This document shows positions 25,785 through 36,800 of a stretch of 64,000 nucleotides of DNA, one piece after another. Each line of letters starts with the position of its first letter. The first letter of the stretch is position 1. The stretch comes from Strigamia acuminata (taxonomy: Eukaryota): NCBI GenBank assembly GCA_949358305.1, contig OX442314.1, positions 26,536,001 to 26,600,000 of the forward strand, written 5' to 3'. The position numbers and the translations under genes are program-made. The notes under the pieces are model-generated. The model saw only the letters and a list, made by a program, of their open reading frames with translations, was not told where the DNA came from and made no database searches.

Positions 25785-26970
25785 AATTGTTGTTGTGTTG
25801 AAAATTCTCTAAGTTGTGTTGAAAATTCTCAAAGTTGTGTCGAAAATTCTCTAACTGTTGGTGAAAATTCTCTAACTGTTGGTGAAAATTCTCTAACTTT
25901 TGTTAAAAACTTTCTAACTTTTGATGGAATCCCACATGCTGTAAACATGTCTCTTTCCACATTTCCTCCTTTGTAGGCAATAAATTCAGATCCAAATTCC
26001 ACTTTACACTTTCGATGTAAGGATTTCAAAACATCACACACTTTTGATTGTGGAAAATCGTGAAAACTGTCTTCAAAACTCATCCCATGAATATTTCGCA
26101 TCACCCAACTCACACATTTTTTAACTTTGGGATCCAATTCTGAAAATTTCCCAACTTGAAATGTACAACACCCATAAGTGTCATTACGCGTAAAAGCATA
26201 GCCAAGTTCTTTTACCAGAAAATTCTTGTTAAACGAGAATCCATCAAAGTCAATAATGCATCCAACTTGTGAAATCAAATTTTGCGATTCCACATCCATC
26301 AGAAACGTTTTTTACTCTTCAAAATACAGAAATGAAGTAAAAAGCAATCACATTTCCCCATCTTAACCACACCCACACTACCATTTCAATCATTTACAAT
26401 CAAAGACACTCCAATGAAATAAATAGGAAGCAATATGAACTATACATTTTATTAAAATGTCAAATTTTACAGGAAGTGTGGGTATGATAACACAGGAACC
26501 AGATTAACCTTTATGTAAACTTAAAATTTTGATTTTATTCTTCATATTTTTTATACGTATAAAATTCACTTATGTAATATACATTTTTGTAAAATAAAAT
26601 GATAAAATTTGCAGGAAATGAGGAATTTTTTACTAAAGTGGAAATGATAAGACACAGGAACCACATCAACAAGTTTCTCATCTCTCGTATTCAACTAGAT
26701 AAAAATTTGCATAAAGATACACATCTTTTATTATCTAATACAAAACCAATATTTACATCTGACAACCAATACCTAATTACATCCGGGAGTGTCATTAAAT
26801 TGTTATCACATCCGGGGGTGTCATTAAATTGTTATCACATCCGGGGGTGTCATTAAATTGTTATCACATCCGGTGGTGTCATTAAATTGTTATCACTAAA
26901 TTTCAAGAAACTTCCTTACTTCCAGGAAGGCAGCCATCTTGGACTGGACTCAACCCACTTGTACACTACT
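25785..26970. mobile_element. Polinton/Maverick terminal fragment
   Basis: Ends in ACTACT (AGTAGT on the other strand) exactly where homology with the paralog resumes (AACGTAAAGAGC vs AACATAAAGAGC at 60722). Contains 21-bp (25793-25922) and 28-29-bp (26779-26896) tandem repeats and a nuclease-like ORF. Confidence 0.6.
25829..26299 (-). CDS. DEDD/RNase-H-fold exonuclease-like protein of the type carried by Polintons; C-terminus runs into the 21-bp repeat
   Basis: IIDFDGF..FLVKELG, WVMRNIHGMSF and IAYKGGNVERD motifs, recognised from memory. Confidence 0.55.
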   Translation of the reverse strand: MDVESQNLISQVGCIIDFDGFSFNKNFLVKELGYAFTRNDTYGCCTFQVGKFSELDPKVKKCVSWVMRNIHGMSFEDSFHDFPQSKVCDVLKSLHRKCKVEFGSEFIAYKGGNVERDMFTACGIPSKVRKFLTKVREFSPTVREFSPTVREFSTQL

Positions 26971-28779
26971 AACGTAAAGAGCAAAAGCAGAGCTTTATTT
27001 TCCATTTTAGTCCATTTTTCTGGGACAAGTCATCTCAAAGATATTCCACTTTAAAGTGCAGGAGTAAATTTTGTAACATTGATTTCCTGACTTATGTCCG
27101 AGAGTACCATAGTAGAATGTAAGGTAGTTGTCAACACAGAGCTCCCATAGTTTCCCCTGCCTACGGTTGACAAGGTTACTTTATTAATAAAACAGTCTGC
27201 CACATTGAAAAGTATCGGGCAGACGACTTTTTAAGACTGGATTGAAGTGCACAGGAAACAGGTAAAACCAATGTGATTTATTGTTTTAGTGGCACTTGAA
27301 CATTGAACAAGAGGTAACGCATAAATAAAAATTGAAAAATGAAGTATTAGGGTGCAGTTGTACTTTTTGACATTATAAACGAATATGACAATAGGTGCAT
27401 TCAAAGTTTCTACTTCTGTAGTGTTTGGTGTTTCTATAAACAGTAAAAACAATAAACGACAAAAACTTGCCAAAGTGAATGTGTAGAGAATATTTAGTTT
27501 TTGTGTCTCTTTTTAGTTTCATTTAAAGATTTATAAAGTTACTTTTCATTTGTTTGAGCAAAACCCAGCAAACAATGTGGTTTTTGTTTTTGCAGTTTTT
27601 GATGATGGATTTGGGTATTCATTCTGTTTATACAGTATAAATGCCAAAATCAACTTAAACTTACAATGCGTTTACTGTTTTTAATCTTACTGCAATATGG
27701 CTTATTGATTCCAGTTAACTGGGTTTTATGAGATATTAAATATTAATAGAATGTATTAATATATATAATAGTATTAATATATAATGTACAAGGTTGTGAC
27801 GATTAAAAAACCGTATTAGTTTAAGGTCGGCAGCAGATGGCGCCGATTGAATAAAGTTGTGCGAAATACGGATACGGTAAATACAAATGTATAAAGTTTA
27901 AATAGGATAAATAAATTTATGACTATTTATTCATGAATAGAACAGTGATTAGTGATCAAATATTGATTCAATAGAATCAATAATAGAATATATAATCACA
28001 AGAAAATTCTTACGAATGTAAAAAGTACCAATCGGACTCTTTTGAACCTAGTCTTCTGCAAGGTCCGGACTCGCTAATCCCTAAAGTGACCTGCGAATCC
28101 ATGGATTATGGTGTCCGATTGGCTGCCACTAATCCCTGGGGTGCCGTTCCAATGGCGAATCACCTAAGGGCGAATCTGGCCATTCGGACGAATGGCAAAT
28201 TTCGATCTTATTCTGTCCAAAAGCAGTCCCAATGGCTAATTTCTCCCAATTCGCCATTGGGAACGTATTTGGACCTTTCTAATGGCGAATTGGTAAAAAT
28301 TAGCACAGGGGCAGATATAGTAGATATAGTACAATGTGAGCAGTTTTTAATTCCCGATAAGTTTTTGTAATTTCTTCAAATCCTACAGGATTGTGCCACT
28401 CCTTATTGCTTCTCGTTTGTCTATTGTTTTCGAAGATGCAATACTCTAGTGGTGCCACTTGTGAAATTTGCTTAAAATAAAACAACCGTATTCAAATTTC
28501 CATGATATCTGATCCAGTTTTTCCTCTCTTTCTTCGGCTCTGATAGTGGATTTATCTAATCACTCTAATGGTCACAAGTGATAACAATCATTTCAACAGC
28601 ATCGTGCAACTGACCCCTAATATTTCCCTGGCCAAAAAAGCAGTCACTTTAGTGTTTCCCACTTGTGGAGTAATATTAATATTCTTTTTGAAAGGCATAA
28701 AACTAATTCCAATTTCTTGTACTACAATGGAAAACATATGTCTTTCAGTTTTTCAGTGCATGTTGTGCAGGATTGAAGT

Positions 28780-31700
28780 ATGGCTATGTTTAAAGTTTCT
28801 GTTACAACAATTCTTTATCTATATTTTATTTCATGTTGGAATTTACATTCGGGTAAGTGTCATTAAATTGATGAATTCATTTTAAACAAGTGTCCTCTGT
28901 TTATGTTCACTTCTACAGTGGACACAAAAAATTTGATTTTATGTTCTAGTTAAACAATGAAATAACATTTTTAGGTGTTGCTGATACAAAAAAGGAACAT
29001 TATTTTCATTTTCATCAGACATGTATGGCTATACACATAGTGGAAATGTTGAATACCAGAAGCGTCCTACTCATCTATGATGAAGGTAAATACAATTTCA
29101 AATCTGACAGAAATTAGTGATAATGATGATTTATTGAGTGTCAAACATTAACTTAGCAATAATTCAAACTTTCTTACCATTCATTACCTGTGAATATCTT
29201 GTAGTGATGGGGGTCCAAAAACTTCTCCTAATCCATCATAAATGTGGCAATAGACTCTTTATGTATAAGAAAACTCCCAGAACGTGTAAACCAGGATAGT
29301 TTTGCTTTTTTGAACCAAAACATTTTCACCTGTCGACAGATACTTTTAAAAGGACCATGAGGTCTGTCAACTGGACCAGTTTGGTCTATGGTTGTGGCAT
29401 GAGTGTCTTGGCAAGTGATTTAACTCATCAATCCGGACAATCACCTCCTGTTTAAAAAAAAAAGACCGTCCTGATTAGATCAGGATCAACCTGACAGAAA
29501 TTGTCCAATAGCGGTATGTTAGAGGTCGAGATTGGCTTCTTTCGTCGTCTGCTATTGATGTTTCGTGCGTGTGCGCTTGTTTCAGCGTTGATGTATTATT
29601 AACCCTTCCAAACCTAAGATGGGTCATTTTGGGACCCAATTTTAAAAAAATCATTATTTTTATGTGAAATAAATTTTTTTTCATCTGATTTTTGTTGACT
29701 ATTCCTTTGAAACATCAGTAGACACTATAACACAATTAAAATTTTTTTAATTTTTCAATTTTATCTGTAATTTGAACCCAAAGATTAACTGGGTCAAAAA
29801 AGACCCATCTTAGGAGTCTAAAGGACATAAATCATGATCATCAGCAGGCTCCGCTAATGTCAATCATGTCCACCACGTCCATATGGCGTTCACTACATGA
29901 AGAGTCAATCTAACCCCATTGGCTAGATGTTAGGAATTATTATATTATATTGCGACTTTGCATTGTACGTAAGAATGCAACTATTAAAAAGTTAATCCCT
30001 AAAATTTTCCATATTTTGTAAGAAGTTGTACGAAAATTTGTAAAAAGTAGTGTTAACGTAATGGAAAAGTAACGGTAAAGAAATGGCAACTATTAACTTA
30101 ACTAACTAAAAAGTAACAATAACGAGTGGTAACTAGTTACTTTTTTGGCTAAATAACGATAATGCTAACTAGTAATTGTTGCAATGAAAGGCTGTAATAT
30201 CTTGTGAATTTACAACGTATTTCAGTTCCACAACAATTCATATGCCTCCAACGAGGAATTTTTTAAGTCAAATGATGAAATAAGAGATTCATTGCTAACC
30301 ATAGTAATCAAGGATGTCATCATGAAGCGTCCATATTTTCTCCTTAAAAGCGGTTGATTACAGATCAATTAAAGGTTATTCTTCTATTAGTGAAGAATAA
30401 CAATGCTAGTCCACACTTTGTAATGAAGTAAAAAAGAAGAAGATCAAAAACTCTGGCCTGTCTATTTTATTATCCCAATCTGAGGACAAGATATGGAATA
30501 CCACCCCAACCATTTTATAGCTTGTTTGCTGTCGACATAAATTATTTCTGATATTACAGAATTCGTTTCTTCTGCATTTCTAAAATGGCCATACACAACT
30601 AAACTTACAACATTACAATTGTCTGGTAATAAAAATACATCAACAATTTTACCAGATCACCGCTTTGATTTATTACTTCTCTGGTTGAAACATCCAATCA
30701 ACCTGATCAAGATACTTGAAAATGAAGTAATCTGTGCAATACTTCACAAGTAGAAAACCGTATTCATAAATTCTATTGCAGGCATTTCAATCACCTTTTG
30801 TGACTGAGAAGAAAACAATCTTGTTTCTGTTAGACGATTATTCTCAAGCTAATTTCACTATGAGTATACAAGACCTGTTAATTTGGAAGCAAAACCAAAT
30901 AATTTTTCTTACCGGTGCCAAAAACCACACTTGTCAGGTTATACTTCAAAATCAAGTGCACTGAGTAGAATAGTAAAAATTTAACTTTTCAACTATCAAA
31001 ATTATTTTTATAACACTACACTGCCGTGCACTTAACGATTAATTTGTGTGTGTAATTTTGAGTAATTTAACAGAAATTTAATATGATTTCAATGAAATAT
31101 GTGGAAAACTTAAAATCCCTTATGAAATGTGATATACAAATATCCTGTGCAGTAAAATTATGTATCTCAAACATAATCTCTACTCAGATAATTCCATCTT
31201 TAAATTACAATATCTCTGTAGGAATTGTTCCTGTGAGTAAAATACGAATAATCTAAACTTGTATTCATTTTTAATGATTTATTTTTAGTTTATGCCTGAT
31301 GCAATTGTGATTAAAAAATATGACAATGGAACAACTTTATTTAGTGGATTTGTCTATGACTTATTAATTTCTTACCTCTGTCCCACAATGAAATTAAAGT
31401 TTGTGTCATTAAATAGAGAAACTACTGAACTAAAATTACTTTTTCTTGTAAATAGTGTGATCGAAGTGTATGGAGACCATCTAACTAATGAGGCAATTCG
31501 GGAAATGATAATTAAAAAAGTAAATGTGGGTCATAGAATGTAAAATGCACTATTCTTAAAACGGAATGCGTCTTAACCTTCTCATAGCCATGTGTTTACT
31601 ACACATGTGCAGCCATGGTCGGTCATTTCTGCCTTCTTTTAAAAAATACTTCTGCACATGTGCACAATCACATTTTTCCTGGTGCAATCGCATTTTTCCT

Positions 31701-33313
31701 GGTAAAAGCACATGTTTTAGGACTAATTTTAATACGCCACCTAGTGCAAACAGATGGCAAAGTGGTGTACGGCGCTCCCATTAAGGGTGTTTTATGTTAT
31801 AAATATTAAATTATCTTAATAATAATTGAAAAACTATTATTATAAAATAAGAAAAAAAAGTTTTTGAAGAATAAAAGTTAATCTCATTAATTAATTTTCA
31901 GGAAAAATTACAGTGATTTTTCCACTTATGTAATTTTTTTTGACACACCATGGCTATGGGAAGGTTAACCCTAGCAGTACAAACCTAAAATTATGTTTTT
32001 AGCCCAAATCTTTGTTATTAAAGATAACATTGACATTGAAAGTCAAATTAGAGATCAGCATTGATGGTTTGCACCCAACCAATTTATGTATTTTCCTTTA
32101 AAATCCAAATAATGTCTAATTATTATTTTACTTGTTTTCTTAGGAAGTTGATACAGGCACTACACCCTACATTATGTCATCAGGTCGAGTACCTTATGTA
32201 GACAGTGTGGCTTTAGAAATGAAGTACGATAATTTGGCAATTGCAGTAGTACTTTCATCTCAAATCGAAGACTTCATGTGGTTCACATTCGTCAAACCAT
32301 TCAGTTGTAACATGTGGATTTGCTCAATTTTGCTTAGTCTTTTGTTAAAATTTATTTTTGAAGCAATTCTTCGTACAAAGAAATTGGACAATTCAAATAC
32401 TCGTAAGTTATATTGCTTGTTGACACAGACCAAGCAAGCCAGCTCTGAACATTCAACCCAATTGCTAACCTTGTCTTGTTGTTAGTAAAGGTACACTGGT
32501 GTGCCTACCATGCTTACTTGGTCGACTACCACTGCCTATTGTAATAATCTGATAATTTCATTTTAGACTTCAACAACTCGATCAAAATATTCAGTTTATT
32601 GCTATTTCTATTCACTTTTTGCATCATGTCAGCTTATAGTGCAGTTCTGTACGCTTCTTTTACTGTAAAGCCAAGAACCAATGCGTTCGAAACTTTAGAA
32701 GATTTAATAAAAGATGGAGGATTTATGTTCTACGCCCATAAAGAATTCCAAATCCATGCAATTGCAAAAGTAACATCCATTTTCTTTTTCCAAATTTTAT
32801 TTTTAACCATCAATATTTGTAGCATGCTAAAGCAGGCAACCTCAAAGTATTACATCATTTAATGAGTAAAAGTCCAAATGATGGGAAAATATCCAATTTC
32901 GAAGATATTTATGAATCCGTCTTATCAGAACGACACGCATTCATTCACTACATGAATTTATTCAAACACGACCTGCAACACGATTGCAGACATCATCTGA
33001 TTAAAATGCCCGATAGAATCGGTCTGCCAATAGGGTTTGGTAAAAGATCAAAATTTGTCGAAGTGTTCACCCAAAAGTAAGTGAAGGAATCGATCGATTC
33101 ATTTATACATTTCTCAATTTACTCGTTTCTAGATTGATATTAATTCGAGAGTATGGTCTTCTCACTGCATTGGAGAAAACTTACACACCAGAAAGACATT
33201 GCAATGTTAATTACAATTTGTTTAAACCATGCACAATACGTCAAACAATAAGTGCATTTATTGTTTTGTTGGCAGGGATTGGTGCTTCTCTTATCCTTCT
33301 TTTACTTGAACAG

Positions 33314-33351
<38 letters not shown>

Positions 33352-33479
33352 ATTATTGTCACTTAATTCTTTTTTATAAGATTAGAGAAGTACATCCAGA
33401 ATTAATAGAGAAGCTGAAATCACTTCCGTTTAATCTCATAAAAGTTGTTATAAAGTGTAAAAAACAAATTTTCAAGTGA
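28780..33479 (+). CDS. Divergent ionotropic receptor, copy 2 (complete, 12 exons)
   Basis: Exon 1 28780-28852 encodes signal-peptide-like MAMFKVSVTTILYLYFISCWNLHS; exon 2 is 28975-29085. The remaining exons from about 30560 are colinear with copy 1 and keep GT-AG ends and frame. The last exon is 33381-33479. Confidence 0.82.
29603..29949. mobile_element. piggyBac-like element end, other end lost
   Basis: TTAA|CCCTTCC start; subterminal inverted pair CCTAAGATGGGTC..GACCCA / TGGGTC..GACCCATCTTAGG; absent from the paralogs. Confidence 0.6.
31577..31964. mobile_element. piggyBac-like MITE, same family as 6792-7215, in the opposite orientation
   Basis: TTAA TSD and the same 16-bp TIR (one mismatch); the interior is a reverse-complement match. 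Confidence 0.88.
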
Positions 33480-33846
33480 AAAATAAAGTTTACAAGCGTG
33501 TAAAGTAATTTGCAAGTGTAAAAAGAGAAGGCACATTAAAGAAACTCACGACTGAGATGAAGAAATCAGAAGATGTCACGGTAAGTGAAGCCATCGAGGA
33601 GCGGCAGACTGTTGAGGATGGTCACAGCCATTGATGGCGAGCCGGAGATGTTGCAGATGTGTAAATGTAAACTACGTCTAACAGGACAATCCTCTAAACG
33701 TAAATGGAAACCAGCGCCAGTGCCAGTGGAAATGGAGACCAGAATGGAATTTACGATGCCACGAAATAACAAGAAAAACACAATAAACAAACTACCTCCT
33801 CATGTTGTTCTACGTTACAGCACAGTTACTACGACCTGAAATAATC

Positions 33847-36800
33847 TGTAAAGTTATTGTTTCTCTCTCAAAAACTTGTTGAAAACTGTTAAAATAACTG
33901 TTGCCAAAATGGCCACACAACCAGTCAGTTCTCTAGATTTAACAGGAATGCTTTATTTTACAAAGAATATACAAAATGGTTTTTAATCTTTTAATCTTTT
34001 CAACTCGATGTTCACATTCCTCGCGTTGGCGCGCGCGTCTTTCTGGCGATCCTGTCGCCCTCTGGTGTCACTTCTCTGCACCGCGCCTTTACATTTCACA
34101 CTCGACCATCCGACTACTCGAGTCGGTCCTCCGACTCGTCTTGGCCTTCGTCTTCGCTCGCGTTGTCGGCATCGTCGGTGATTTCCCATCGCTTTATTTG
34201 GTCTGTTGGCGCCGTGACACGGTATCGAGGCGGGTCCTCGAAGCTCTGTACCTCATACACCGTGTCGGAGATCTTGCGCCCGATTCTCAACGGCCCCCGA
34301 TATAGTGCTGACAATTTCCCCGCCGCCCCTTGCGCCGCGAGTGCCTTTCGCCGCACAACGACCACGTCCCCCTCTTTAAACATTTTATTCGGCCCCCGAT
34401 GCCGATCAAAAGCTTTCTTTTGACGCACTTGCGCCGCTGTGAGCGCGTCGTGCGCCTCGTCTCGTGTCCGCTCAAAGTCTGCCTCTTCTTCGTCGTTATC
34501 TTCGACCGCGACCGCTGCCAATCTTGGTTCAATGACGGTTCGTGGTTGGAATCCGTAGAGCACCTCCATCGGTGTCTTCCCGGTGCTCCTGTTCGTTCTC
34601 AAATTTATTGCGACCTCGATCTGGTTTAAATGCGTCGCCCAGTCACTCCCATCCGCTTTCACTACGCAGCTCGCCATCATTGGCACCAGTGTTCTGTTTG
34701 TCCGCTCAACTTGCCCGTTGGCCCTTGGATTTTCGGTGGAGGTCAGGACATGTCCCACCCCCAATTCGTTACACAATTCGGCGAACTCGTTATTCTTAAA
34801 TGCGGTCCCCCTATCGGTGATGACTCGCGTGGGGACCCACATCCGCATACACAGCTCTCTCAATTTTCGGCAAGTTTCTTTCGCGCTTGTTGATTTTGTT
34901 GCCCTCAAAAATGTCACCTTCGAGTAATTGCACACTGCCACCAGCACATATTTGTAACCCCCGCTCTTTGGGAATGGCCCCACGTGGTCCAGGTGGACCG
35001 TGTGCCACGGCACTTTCTCTCGAATTATCACGTTCAGTGCCCCTGGTCGCCGTCCCCCTGGCTCTTTGTAAATCAAACACTTGACGCAGGACCCAATAAT
35101 GGCTTTCACAAATTTCCGCATTCTCGGGAACCAAAATCTTTTAAGAATCGCATCCATGGTCCCCTCTGTCGCCGGGTGCCCGTGTGACTCATGCACTTCT
35201 CTCGTTATTTGCCGCTGTATCCCTTTTGGCACGTAAATTCGTTTTCGCTTCTTTTCCCCCTTTCTTCTCAAAATATGGCATACGTGTCCATTTTTGAGTG
35301 TGAACTGCCGTATTTTATTCTGCATTCGCTCGGTCAACCCCTCGTTATTAGTTTGCAATAAAGCGTCTCTAATTTCCCTGCACTCGATGTCGCTCATCTG
35401 AGCAGCCTCCAACCAGTCTCCCCCCATTAATCTAATCTCGTTCACTCGAAACTGACTCATCACCTCGTTCTCCTCGGTTTTCAACTGTTGACACGGTTCA
35501 GCATTTCTGCTGAGCGCGTCGACGTGGCTCATTAGCAGCCCCGGCCGATGCACGGTTCTAAAATCGTACTCGGACAATTGCAGTACCCATCTGCCGATGC
35601 GGGGGGTCAGCTCCTTCTTTTTCAACCCATATCTAACCGCCTCGCAGTCGGTAACAATCACAAACTCTCCCCCGTACACATACATCCGAAATTGCTGCAC
35701 CGCCCACACCACCGCTAGCAATTCTAATTCTGTGGAGTGGTACCGTTGCTCACAGTCCGTCGTCGTTCGGCTCGCGTATAATACTGGGTGCAAAATTCCT
35801 TTCTCATCCCCCTGCATCAGTATTGCCCCCAACCCCTCCTGCGACGCGTCCGTGTGTATTTCGCATGGGCGCGTGTTGTCAAACACCTTTAACACCGGTG
35901 CTGACACCAACTCATTAATTAAGTTTCTAAATGCCGCTTCACACTCTTTTTTCCAAATAAAAGGCTCATTCTTGCGTGTTAAATTTGTCAACGGCTTGCA
36001 CTTAACTGCATAGCCCGCCACAAATCGCCTAAAATAACCACACAATCCCAAAAAACTCCTAACTCCCCTTACATCTACTGGCGTCGGGAAATTTCTAATG
36101 GCGCTTGTTTTCTCCAACCCTGGCCGTAACCCCTCCGCCGTCAAACGTAGCCCCAAAAAATTCACTTCACCGCACAAAAAATGACACTTGCTTAATTTTA
36201 ATGTTAATTTCGATTTTCTCATTTCAATCAATAAAGCTCTCATTTTTAGAAACAACTCATCAACACTTTTAGCCCCTTGTAACAAATCATCCATATAACG
36301 TCTCATTATCTCTCTCGGAAGATGGCCAAACGCCATTTCCATCATGCGGTTAAAAACAAACGGCGCGTTTACAAGCCCAAATGGCATTCGAGTAAACTGC
36401 CACTTGTTTGACATTGTTGAAAATGCCGTCTTTTCCTGTGCGCCCTCTGTCAATTCTACTTGATAATATCCCGCGGCTAAGTCAAACACAGAAAAAATCA
36501 CCCAATCATGCGTGCCGTCAAAAATCTCCTCAATTCTCGGGCAAGGAAAATGTTCCTTGACCGTTGCCTCGTTTAAATGTCTAAAATCAATGCAAATTCG
36601 CATCTCTCCGTTCTTTTTTCTCACCACAACTATCGGACTATTAAAAGCACTATTTGATTTTCTGATAAACCCTGCCCCCTCTAACTCTCGGATCATTTCG
36701 TCAATCTCCCGCTGCTGCGCCGCTGAGTAAGGGTATCGCCTCAAATTTACCGCCCTATCCGTCGTTAATTCAATATCCATTTTTAAATTTTCGAATTTTC

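Noticed and set aside
28025..28100. tRNA-like A/B-box sequence on the minus strand (also about 61800-61870)
   Set aside because: No convincing cloverleaf; at most a decayed SINE head.
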